Shown here piece by piece: positions 46,014-56,110 of a DNA stretch of 57,002 nt. Source of the DNA: an uncultured Nitrososphaeraceae archaeon (GTDB lineage: Archaea > Thermoproteota > Nitrososphaeria > Nitrososphaerales > Nitrososphaeraceae); assembly GCA_963765895.1 (NCBI GenBank), contig CAVXZB010000027.1, positions 1 to 57,002 on the forward strand, in the 5' to 3' direction. A program made the translations under genes and the position numbers. Every line of letters starts with the position of its first letter. Position 1 is the first letter of the stretch. The notes under the pieces were generated by a model, which saw only the letters and a program-made list of their open reading frames with translations, was not told the origin of the DNA and did not search any database.

Positions 46014-46864
46014 TGTTCATTTGTAGATTCTAGGCTGTCAGCACCTACTACTTCAATTTCAGTTAGATCCCTCTTGGCAAGATCAACCTTCGCAGTGAAT
46101 ATGACTTTAGAGACTCCTTTGTTCCTACTATAACAAGCACTCATTTGGCGACGTAGATCTTCAAACGAAACCTGAAACCTGACATCAAAGAATCTATCAC
46201 CACCAGAGGCATTCGATCCCAATTTAGATTTTAGATCGACTACTTGTGATTGTAATATCAGATTCTCTTTTGATTTAGACGCTAAATCCTGCTGAAGTCT
46301 TGCAATTTTCGTTTCAAACTCCTTGCTCCCATCTTGTTCTAGCAACTGTGGGTCTGAACTAGTAAGTGGGGAAGACGCCCCATTTGCTTCATTCAGTTGA
46401 ATGTCAGATGGATCTTCATGAATACATCTAGCTCCAAAATCAGATCTTTCATTATTTACGTCGTCACCATTATTCGAACTAGAATTTGTAACATCTGCTG
46501 ATTCAGTTACTGTGCTCCCGTCTGCATGAACCAACAATTCGGATGTGTCCTGTCTTTTATCTCCAGAAATCGACATTTTGTCGATCTTCTTTTTGGGTCC
46601 AGTCTTACGCTTCCATTTATCGAGACAATATCGTTCAATATCTCTGGTGGAGATGAGTTTTTGCGCTATTTCTTCGTGCAATACATTTTTAATTTCTTCA
46701 CAGACGCTTTCACTATTTGAAACCTTAGCCTCGAATGCTAATCCTAATTTGATAATTAGTCCTTTGCGCTTGCCTAACATCATATTGAATTCTTTTTTGA
46801 CTTCATCGATGATTGCATCCAGGTCTGAATTGTCATTGCTGATAACGTTATTATTGTCACTCAT
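46010..46864 (-). CDS. element-associated HTH/coiled-coil protein (284 aa)
   Basis: Intact ORF; ISTRDIERYCLDKWK HTH-like segment; coiled coil. Confidence 0.7.
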   Translation of the reverse strand: MSDNNNVISNDNSDLDAIIDEVKKEFNMMLGKRKGLIIKLGLAFEAKVSNSESVCEEIKNVLHEEIAQKLISTRDIERYCLDKWKRKTGPKKKIDKMSISGDKRQDTSELLVHADGSTVTESADVTNSSSNNGDDVNNERSDFGARCIHEDPSDIQLNEANGASSPLTSSDPQLLEQDGSKEFETKIARLQQDLASKSKENLILQSQVVDLKSKLGSNASGGDRFFDVRFQVSFEDLRRQMSACYSRNKGVSKVIFTAKVDLAKRDLTEIEVVGADSLESTNEQ

Positions 46865-47213
46865 ACACTATCTCTCCTCTTGTTTGTTACTTGCGGCTAA
46901 ATTATGGCATCTACATTTGCAGATAATTTTTGACGAAAAAACAGTATTCTCGTAGTAGCCAGTACATAAATTACAGTGATCAGTCAAACATTTTTCTACT
47001 TCTATCACGATTTTTTCAGTATTATCGCTCATAATTTTTTGTTCCCTCTTGCACCATAGCGTTTTCGAGCAGACGATTGATGTACCTTGAACGCGGGATA
47101 TCCCCTCGCCTTCTATCCATTTGCTCCAGCAAATATTTTGAAATGCTGAAAGTTATGATATTGGTCATTATAACTATATTAAATAAAATTAATATATGAG
47201 CATTTTATGATAG

Positions 47214-48128
47214 ATGTATAGGTATCATGAACTAAATATGCTACACAAATCAATCAGAAGGGAGTTGACTGAACAGAATTGGTTACAGGTTGAGAAAAAT
47301 GATAGCAATCCCAGACTAAAATTAAGAAGACTTAAGGATCAATCCATTAGAGCAATCAATGATCTGTCACTTATAGCAAGAAAGTTGCCTGAACAAACGC
47401 AAACTGAGATATTCGATTATGAAGTATTAAAGAGGCTCATTGAGGCGATTCTTAATGTAAATAGTGATGAGCATTCAGACTTTACCAATGCCGGTTCAGA
47501 TCCTAGACGAACATATTTGGGGGCGCTATTAGCAGAGGAAGGAATAAAGCTCTGTACACGGGCATATATTACGCAAAATCGAGAGACGCCCGTATTAACA
47601 GATGCGACAGTAGATCAGCTTAATAAGACTATAAAAATATGCAATGAAATCGCCTATGTGATGGATCTTCCAGGTAGGACGAAAGTGAGGGATAATCTAC
47701 AATATCAATTTAATTGGAATAGGGTTCCAGGACCCGATGAAGATAAATTTGTAAAATTCATCGAAAGCATATTTGGATCTATCTATGAAAACTTCAAAGA
47801 TGATAATCTTTTAACATACGAAATTAAGAAAGAGAGCCCTGCTACCCATGGCGCAAGTTTGGAAGAATTATCAGATCTTTTTAGGGCAACTGGCAAAAAG
47901 GAAGAAGATATGATATCTAGATTAAGAGCATCAAAAATAGTACTGAATGTAATTGACATGAATAATGAGATAATGGCCACCTATTCTCTTATACTAAGAT
48001 TTAGTGCAAAGGCAATTAAGCTAACATATGAAGTACTTGGTAAAAAAGGTCAAATAGATCCTACGGATATAATTGTCAAACAAGATTATGGCAACTTTTA
48101 CATTTACAGAAGAAAGTTAGCGAGATAA
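47214..48128 (+). CDS. hypothetical protein between integrase and replication module
   Basis: 304-aa intact ORF; FNWNRVPGPD C-terminal motif. Confidence 0.7.
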   Translation: MYRYHELNMLHKSIRRELTEQNWLQVEKNDSNPRLKLRRLKDQSIRAINDLSLIARKLPEQTQTEIFDYEVLKRLIEAILNVNSDEHSDFTNAGSDPRRTYLGALLAEEGIKLCTRAYITQNRETPVLTDATVDQLNKTIKICNEIAYVMDLPGRTKVRDNLQYQFNWNRVPGPDEDKFVKFIESIFGSIYENFKDDNLLTYEIKKESPATHGASLEELSDLFRATGKKEEDMISRLRASKIVLNVIDMNNEIMATYSLILRFSAKAIKLTYEVLGKKGQIDPTDIIVKQDYGNFYIYRRKLAR

Positions 48129-48134
48129 TACAAA

Positions 48135-49580
48135 TTATTCAGAAGAAAATGCTGTCTTATAGATTCCGCTTTGATACAACTGCTTTGCAAATTCGACTTT
48201 ATTCTTACCATCCATATTTCCAAGAGCTGTAATTAGCGCGCGCATCTGAGACTGCATCGTATTAAATTTCCCTTCTATAACTGTCAGTTTATCATCCTTC
48301 TTTTTTTGTTCGTCTAATGTCTCATTGTACGCATCATAAGTTAATACCATCCGACAATGCGCGCAGAACTTGCTGTCTGGTTTATTGGGTTCATTGCAAT
48401 TAGGACACTGCTTTGGTCTTAGCGCAACAGATAGTTTTTGATCCTTTGTAACTATACCATATGCTTCTAACAGACTCTCACTTGCTTCATTTCCAAAATA
48501 GTGAAGATATTTCTGAGGCATATTGGAGTTAGTCGTCCAACCCGCGTACTGACGCAGCGTATGCTCCTTTAGTATCTTGGATTTATCCGTCAATGCGCTA
48601 TGCCTTCTTACATAGGGATTCCATGGCTTCTTCAGTAATTCTTCTATTTTCGCCTTATCTTCTGATGGAACATTTGGATCGCTTAATAATTTCGGGAATA
48701 GTGCATTCTTATAACTACCATAAATCTGTGATAACGATGATATAGCCAGAATTCTACCTATACTCTTACGATTTCCACATAATAAAATCGTATTAGGGTT
48801 TGCCGACTGCGGGTGTTCGTGATTTAAATAATCTTTGATGTATGGGATTGAGTCTATTAGTGGGATGGACCTACTTCCAGTCTTTCCGTTAATTAACACC
48901 TCTGCATATTGTCTATTCCCAGTGGTTTTGAATACAATATCTTTTATCCTCAACTTTAATAATTCATGTGGCCTACAACCAGTATCGCGAGACATAGCAT
49001 GATAACACTTTATTCTTTTAGAAGGGCAATACTTTAGGAATAGCAGATCATCCTCAACTGTCCAAAGATCTGTAGGCTTGTAAATTGATTGTTCTTTTCG
49101 CTTAAGCTGTAATACATTCTGAATCACTTCTGGTTTTGGTCGTTTCCTTGGTTCAATGCCAGGATAATATAACCATCTGAAAAATCTAATCAAATGCATT
49201 CGGTATATATTGTAAGTTCCGATCCATCTATGCATGGGATCTAATGTCTCTGGTTTGCGGTAACTTTCTAGATATGAAATTATATCGTCCCTACTTATAG
49301 CGCTAAAAGGATGATTGCTATTAAATTTAGAGAACGTACATAGTAGTTTAATTACATCGCCTCTGTAGTGATCAGAGGGATTGACCTCCATTCTTAATGC
49401 TTCAATGTAACTTCCTATTGTGAATGCATTATCTTTTGATATTGCATAAAGTAACTTGGAAAATTCAAGACTTAAGCCTGAGGAGATGTCTTGAATTTTT
49501 CTTTCTAAAGTAATACCATGATGACGTTCAGTATTGATCTTGTTTTGCCTTTCTGCTGTTAATGCAATATTGTTCCTCAA
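48135..49580 (-). CDS. tyrosine recombinase/integrase with C-terminal zinc ribbon
   Basis: TGCRPHE (R), GKTG (K), YVRRHSA (R), AGW, KYLH (Y); CPNC...FCAHC. Confidence 0.95.
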   Translation of the reverse strand: MRNNIALTAERQNKINTERHHGITLERKIQDISSGLSLEFSKLLYAISKDNAFTIGSYIEALRMEVNPSDHYRGDVIKLLCTFSKFNSNHPFSAISRDDIISYLESYRKPETLDPMHRWIGTYNIYRMHLIRFFRWLYYPGIEPRKRPKPEVIQNVLQLKRKEQSIYKPTDLWTVEDDLLFLKYCPSKRIKCYHAMSRDTGCRPHELLKLRIKDIVFKTTGNRQYAEVLINGKTGSRSIPLIDSIPYIKDYLNHEHPQSANPNTILLCGNRKSIGRILAISSLSQIYGSYKNALFPKLLSDPNVPSEDKAKIEELLKKPWNPYVRRHSALTDKSKILKEHTLRQYAGWTTNSNMPQKYLHYFGNEASESLLEAYGIVTKDQKLSVALRPKQCPNCNEPNKPDSKFCAHCRMVLTYDAYNETLDEQKKKDDKLTVIEGKFNTMQSQMRALITALGNMDGKNKVEFAKQLYQSGIYKTAFSSE

Positions 49581-49665
49581 TTATTAAGTAAATATATCAT
49601 TATATCTCCAATATAAGTTAGTATTATATGTCAACTATCAGTAGTATTAGCTCTCATCTACGATC

Positions 49666-49935
49666 GTGCAGGTCGCGTTGCCATCAATTGGAAGAGAATT
49701 TGGTGTATCTATTAATGGACTACAATGGATAGTTACTGCCTATGGCTTGACTTTGGCCGGCTTTCTTATGCTTAGTGGGCGTGTGGGAGACATTTACGGT
49801 CACAAGAAGTTGTTTATCACAGGACTTCTGCTGTTTTCTCTTGCATCGTTGACGGGAGGTCTTGCTCCTTCCGAGATTGTTGTTATTGATAATAAGTCGC
49901 TCTGGTTAGCATCAATCAGTTTGATACCACATTAA
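49666..49935 (+). pseudogene. MFS transporter (DHA2/EmrB-QacA type) N-terminal fragment
   Basis: VALPSI...LQWIVTAY...GRVGDIYGHKK; truncated after the third or fourth TM. Confidence 0.8.
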
Positions 49936-50476
49936 GAACTGGCAGCAGCTGTCGACAGAACACTAGATAAGGAGTTTGCAGGATATAACGAGATATTTGA
50001 TGCTTTTAGAGTAGTATCGAAGTTCTATAGTTTTAAAGGCACTACTGAACGTTAAAATTAGTCTCGTTCAACTTTCCCAGTACTTTGCGTGATTGAACTA
50101 ATTAATTAATTTCTCGCCTACGTTAATTCCTTAGAAGATCCGTCAGAGCGGGACTGACTGCTACATCAAATTCAGTATAATACCTTTTCACTTCCCATTA
50201 TCCGTGTTTAGACCTATTTCCTCACTATATCGTCAACCTTATTGCTATCTGTCATTAGTTTACCTCTTGCATATATCTCTACGTGGTTCCAATATGTAGA
50301 GGTGTATTCTCTCAACGTTCCTTCGCTATTAGTCGAAGTACTTAAACGCCATATCGCGGCAATATGATCCGGTCGGGGAAGTCATAAAATATTACGTACA
50401 TATTCAATTCTGTATAATAAAAAAATGGTAGATTAACTGGCCTCGTAGCATTCACTTTGTATTAACGACAAATGAA

Positions 50477-51180
50477 TTAGCGGTTATTTTTCAATAAATA
50501 AAGTCCATTCTGGAGCATGCCATGATCGTTATTTAGATAAACTGTCTTCTTCTTTGCATTTAACTTCTTAATTGACGATAATAAGGTATCCAGTTCGGCT
50601 TGTGAGTAGATATAATTATACCATTTCTTATAGCCATGTATCCTGAGATACATCTATCATTAGTAACGACCCTCGTGCGAGGAAGTTGTGGGGCATCAAC
50701 AGAACAAAAGACTATTCCTATATTTTCGATTTTATCTATTACTTTCCGCCATGATTGATCTCTAAATTCTATTACAGATTCATTGTTGTCCAATTTGGTT
50801 TTATTAAAAAAATTTATTACTGTTTCAAGATTTTCTAGCGAGTATTTGAATGACGGGGGCATTTTGAAAAGCCAGAAATCGATCCTATCATAAATTCTAT
50901 AAAGTGTTTTACTAAATTTGCTCCATAATTGTAAGGCTTTTTCTCCTTTCAATTGGGTATAATCTGTAATGTAGCGATTGACCTTAATAGAAAAAGAGAA
51001 ATAGTCGGGGGAAGCGGATAACCATGTATCTATCCAGGATTCCATAGGAAAGCGATAATAGCTAGCATTAATCTCTACCGAATTAAATCCTAGATTTATA
51101 GACCATTGAAATGGTGAAGGTTTTCCCTCGTTCCATGAATATGAGTAACCAGAAGTTCCAACTTTTATTATTCCAGACAA
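50477..51180 (-). CDS. DUF72 family protein (frameshift near C-terminus)
   Basis: VGTSGYSY, FNSVEINASYY, EFR, YLNNDH. Confidence 0.85.
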
Positions 51181-51686
51181 CTCTATATTCTAGATGAGAT
51201 TAAGGTCTTATGAGTAATAACAATTATTTCTTTCTTCTAGAAGAATAGTGTATCATGTAATGAGTTTCTCCTAACCTAATGAAGGAAGAATTTAGATATA
51301 GCATCAAAGATAATTATAATTTTTAGATATAGATAAAGGAGATATAAAAAAAGATATAAAAACTAAAGACGAATGAAAAAGATCGACTAAAAGAATAATT
51401 CTGGGCTATCTGTTTGAAAATTGGATACCATAGAAGAATTAGGGCCCTATAGGCATGTGAAGTTATTGAAGTGTGTCAAAGCTGATAAAGATGTTCTAAC
51501 CACAATCATTGAGAAATTTTTTTCTTTAACACGGAAATATTCTAAAGTCAGTAGTGTTAATAGATAACTGTATACACGGACTAATGTTGAAAGTGCTTTT
51601 TATGTATGAACTAGACTAGTTTTACATTTTTCATATTCCTTGCACTTTTGTTTTGTGACCCTACGAATATCTTTTTCAACAAAAAG

Positions 51687-51724
51687 AAATATTATAAATG
51701 CTAACATTAGCATTTATAATATTT
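51687..51724. repeat. perfect 18-2-18 palindrome
   Basis: AAATATTATAAATGCTAA-CA-TTAGCATTTATAATATTT. Confidence 0.9.
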
Positions 51725-51939
51725 TTTAAATACAGATTTAAACTGAAGTGCTGCAGTGGCAAACTTTACCTAAAAAGATTAAGAAACTACATAGGAATAG
51801 TTTTCAGAAAGACAAATCTTTTGAAAATGAATTGGTCTTAATCCAAATGTAGATTAGGCATATATTTTAGAAATTAGAATTCTCAGCATAATTAGTAGCA
51901 ATAAATTCAGTATTAGTGTCCATCCATTCATTTTTTACT

Positions 51940-52896
51940 TCATTTAGACTGATTTTGTTGTTGTTGTTGTAAGCGAGATGCCGAAGATTTAGACTGGGAT
52001 TGTGGCAATTGGAAAAATGGGACTGCTCCTTGTCCACCTAAAGAAAATGGCAGCTGTCCATTCCACCTATTGATTGCTTGCCACTGAAGATATTGAGGAT
52101 TCTGTCTTAACTGCGATGTAATAATTTTAATTGCTTGTGATTCTCCACTAGCCTTTGCTATGTTAGCTTTGGCCTGTGCTTGAGCTTGTACAACTGTCTG
52201 GTTAGCTACTACTTGAATTCCTCTCAAATTATTCAATTCTGTCAAGGACTTTTGAAAAGCTACTACTTTATCTTCAACCTGATTAGAAAATGCATCAGAG
52301 AATTTAAAATCGGTAATAAATATTGTCTCTACTACTATGTCCTTAGCTGATAAAGAATTTCTTATCGTATTTGCTATAACATCCTTAACAATGGCTCTTT
52401 TTGTAATTAACTCCTCAGCGTTGTATTTCGCTACGCTTGCTTTAACTGATTCTTGTATTGTAGGTGCGATTACTCTATCTGCATAGTCTGGGCCCAATTG
52501 TTGGTAAACCTTATTTACATCAGCAGGGTTCAGATGGTAATTTAACGCTATCACGGTTTGTACTTGTTGTAAATCATTTGAAGCTGCTGATGCTTCGGCT
52601 TGATATTTGAGTGTACGTACTTCTAATGGTATGACCTGTTCCGCGAACGGTATTACGAAATGCACTCCTTCTCCAAGTACTCTATTCTCAACTGCGCCTA
52701 GATATAGAACAACTCCTCTATGTCCTGCCTGCACTATGACTACTGATTCAGATATTACTAAAATAATTACAATAAATGTCACAAGAGCTGCAATAATTAC
52801 TAATTTCTTTGAACTTGTTACTAAATCTCTTCCTACAGGTTCAAGAGGTTCTCCTTCGGGTGTCTTATTATTTGATTTCTTGAAGGGATTTCTCAT
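51940..52896 (-). CDS. SPFH/prohibitin (band 7) protein
   Basis: TM then VQAGHRGV...EGVHFVIPF...AEELITKR...FSDAFS; RWNGQLP. Confidence 0.92.
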   Translation of the reverse strand: MRNPFKKSNNKTPEGEPLEPVGRDLVTSSKKLVIIAALVTFIVIILVISESVVIVQAGHRGVVLYLGAVENRVLGEGVHFVIPFAEQVIPLEVRTLKYQAEASAASNDLQQVQTVIALNYHLNPADVNKVYQQLGPDYADRVIAPTIQESVKASVAKYNAEELITKRAIVKDVIANTIRNSLSAKDIVVETIFITDFKFSDAFSNQVEDKVVAFQKSLTELNNLRGIQVVANQTVVQAQAQAKANIAKASGESQAIKIITSQLRQNPQYLQWQAINRWNGQLPFSLGGQGAVPFFQLPQSQSKSSASRLQQQQQNQSK

Positions 52897-53385
52897 AACT
52901 TAATAATCTTCTTTAGTTAACCGCGTGATACTAAATGTAAGATGCATACCCTTCTGAGACATACCATCCATTTCTTGAATTCTTATTGCCGAATGTAACG
53001 AGGCTTCTAATGTCATCGACAATGATATTCTAGAATCGATAGTAGATGACCTAATCGTAGATCTTTCCTTCTCTTGTAACTATGTACGCACGCTTGAGAT
53101 ATAATCTTGTAGTAGGGCTGAAAAATGAAAGAAGAGTCGATGTCATAGATAGTATTTTATAAATCATCATAATTAACTCTCGATTAACTTTGTTAATTCA
53201 GAATAATATCCATTATTCCTGTTATTCAATCTTTAAAAGTACGTAATATTCTAGTCAGCTATGGATTTTCTCATGCATAATTATTTGCCAAGAGGAATCA
53301 ATTGCTAGATAATTTTTTATTTCTTTGTTTTATCTCTATGTAGAGCATGGTGAATATGTACTATTATAGAATGTACGCTCAATAC

Positions 53386-53520
53386 TTATGTGAAAGTATT
53401 ATGACTATCATTTGCTTTTAGTTCTGTATTGCTAAGACCACATTCTTTACATTTGTAAATTATTGTATTTTCCAATTCCTTATTTCTTAGCATGTCTCCT
53501 CCGCAGCAAGCACATTTCAT
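53386..53520 (-). CDS. 44-aa zinc-ribbon microprotein
   Basis: MKCACCGGDM...YKCKECGLS; below ORF-track cutoff. Confidence 0.65.
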   Translation of the reverse strand: MKCACCGGDMLRNKELENTIIYKCKECGLSNTELKANDSHNTFT

Positions 53521-53675
53521 GTCGAATATAACCCCTGATATTGTTACAAGTTTCGTAATATAAAATGAACCATTCTCTATATTAAGAATAATAATGTGAT
53601 CTATAGGACTATCGTCTACAGTAGTATCAGTACCGGAGCTGCAATTAAAGTATTATAATATATTAATGAATAGTA

Positions 53676-53906
53676 CTAACCATAGGTGCAGACTGTAGTT
53701 GCAATATTGCGTTCAGAATCTTTTAGAGATTTTTTTGCAGCTTGAGCAATTATTCCTGCAACATAAGTGTCGATTCCTAAGAAGACAGCGATCTCCTCTT
53801 GGCTGTGATTTGCAACGGATTTAACTGTAAATAATCCACAGCGTTCTAACAAATTCTTAAGACCAGGTGCAATACTTAAACATTGAATACTTGCGTTGTC
53901 GTTCAT
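53676..53906 (-). CDS. small HhH / RadA-N-terminal-like protein
   Basis: IAPGLKNLLERCG..TVKSVA..SQEEIA..LGI...A..I..AA. Confidence 0.6.
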   Translation of the reverse strand: MNDNASIQCLSIAPGLKNLLERCGLFTVKSVANHSQEEIAVFLGIDTYVAGIIAQAAKKSLKDSERNIATTVCTYG

Positions 53907-54368
53907 AATTCTATATTTAGCTTTAAAATACTTAAAGATATTATAAAGTCTTCATATAATCTATATAGTTATGTTATAACACTATCAGGTTATTGGACAT
54001 GATGCTAGAAAATTATGCCCTTATAAAGATATAACCCTTGTTTACTAAATTAAAACGAAAGCCTTCGCTAATATATTATCCCTGCCTCGGCTTCTCATTT
54101 TCATATTCATCAGCTACGCCGCCCTTCATTACTGATTTTTTTAACTTTCCTTCTCTTTCTAATTCTTTAACGACATCATTATCAGTTTTAATTTGTTGAT
54201 TGTTAGTATTATCTAGATCTTGTTCATTATTCATGTTTTCCACCTCTAAATTGAGATAATCTCTATCATTTATATGACTTATTATTATAAAAGATTTGAT
54301 ATACTGCTCATATAATGCTCAAGATTTATATTAATAAAAGGAAGAAAAATATGGTTTGAGATTAAAGT

Positions 54369-54512
54369 TTAGGTTAAAGCATCTTTTACCTTTACCTTGG
54401 CTTTGTTAAGAGTCTCTGAACTAGGTTTTCCTTCAATATGATCTCCCTCAGTCTGAATTTTTGCTTCTGCATCTTGCTCGGTATTTTTTACTTTCTTTGC
54501 AATATCTGTCAT
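54369..54512 (-). CDS. 47-aa hydrophilic microprotein (CsbD/LEA-like)
   Basis: MTDIAKKVKNTEQDAEAKIQTEGDHIEGKPSSETLNKAKVKVKDALT*. Confidence 0.5.
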   Translation of the reverse strand: MTDIAKKVKNTEQDAEAKIQTEGDHIEGKPSSETLNKAKVKVKDALT

Positions 54513-55042
54513 ACTAGTTATTTATGGTATACATACTTTAATACTGTTATCAATGCCTCATTCTGTCAATTTTTTATTCCCATAATTTAAAAATATATTA
54601 TACCCAGTTAGAGATCAGTTATAACAATTAAAGTTATGTCAGAAACAATTTAAATAACGATATAATTATTGACAGTAATAAATAAGCGTTTTACTTTTTA
54701 ATTAATATGATTGAGTTTGATAGATCTTTACTCTATATTATTCTTGGCACAGTTATATTGGTAATAGTTTTTTATTTTAAAAAACGGAAAGATCTTAATA
54801 GGACGACTTAATATAACCAAGTGATATCATAATCAAAATCACGGAATGTCTTGTATATCTAATTCCAAATTGGAATGCAGTTACCCCGAATTTATAATAT
54901 AATCACTGCATCAGATCAATAGCTTGGATAATGAATCGCATGTACCCCGATGACGATGACGAATAAATTAGTTAGATCTTTTGAAAAAAGAAAGAAACGT
55001 TAAAGTCAAAATATCGATATTATGATATCTTACATTCGTCCT

Positions 55043-55249
55043 TTACTTATCCGCCGCCAGCCCCCATTCCTCCACCTGTTGATTCGACTTCTTGCTCTTG
55101 CACTCCTTGTCGACTTTTGACTTTACTTTGGTAATTGGTTTAAGAGTCTCTTTCGTGATATCTTTTTCATCTTGTTGTTCTTCCATATTTGTATTAGGGT
55201 TACATTTTATATGAAGATCGTTTTTATTGAATCTTATTTTTCTATTCAT
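55043..55249 (-). CDS. small charged hypothetical protein
   Basis: Short ORF; probable start at MEEQQDEK. Confidence 0.4.
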   Translation of the reverse strand: MNRKIRFNKNDLHIKCNPNTNMEEQQDEKDITKETLKPITKVKSKVDKECKSKKSNQQVEEWGLAADK

Positions 55250-55501
55250 ATTGAGGGCTATATCATCAAGTGCTTTACTGTGCTTTGCATATCGTGCTGT
55301 TCGGCCTATGCGTAAATAGGTGATCTATAAGAACTTGAATTATATTTAAATTCCTATTAATTTGAACAGATTGGCAAAGCCAGTAGTACGGTAATATACC
55401 GCACTTTTGCCTCCCTCCCTCTCTTATAAGGACATGTCATATTATTAACATGTCAAGTTGAATATGATTTTGAAGGGATAATTCAGGGGGTTGAAACAAA
55501 G

Positions 55502-55899
55502 ATGATTAGTGGTTTGTTGGAAAAAGGAAAAAGAATAATGATAGTAGATGATGATAGTGATTGTACCTTCACTATCAAGACAGTCTTAGAGAGATATGGA
55601 TTTAAAGTACATTCTTTTAATAATGCATATTTAGCACTGAGCGCATATAGGTCTAACTTTTATGATCTAGTGATCCTTGACATAATCTTGCCAGAGATGA
55701 ATGGCTTTCAACTATTTAGAGAAATTAAAAGGATTGATAAAAAAGTAAAGGTGTGTTTTCTTTCAGTGGTCAACTGTGTTATGGCACATATTCCGATATC
55801 TTTTCTACGATAGATGCTAGCTATTTTATTCGGAAACCGATAGAAAATCAGAGTTTAGTACAAAAAATTGAAGAGATAATCGAGGTGAATTGTACCTGA
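55502..55899 (+). CDS. stand-alone receiver domain protein (frameshift near 55775)
   Basis: IMIVDDD...LDIILPEMNG...FLS / FIRKP. Confidence 0.8.
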
Positions 55900-56110
55900 C
55901 TTGATACAACTAAGACATCTATAATCAAATTAATATTCAAAGTACAGTAGTCTATTTATTCATATATATTTTGATTTCGTAGAGCACGCCTACATACTGA
56001 GAAACCACTTGTGTATTACTTCTACTGATCATCTGTTGAATCGTTATGGAGGTTGTAAGAAAGCAAGACAGAAGTTAATAACGTTATATGAAGTTCAATT
56101 TTAGTATATG

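Noticed and set aside
46865-50470. tRNA attachment site near the integrase
   Set aside because: No cloverleaf or GTTCRA T-loop with pairing stems recognised by eye; tRNAscan-SE would settle it.
51687-51724. Archaeal dif site
   Set aside because: Symmetry extends to a 2-bp centre and the arms lack the TAA-N6-TTAT layout of 11-6-11 dif sites.
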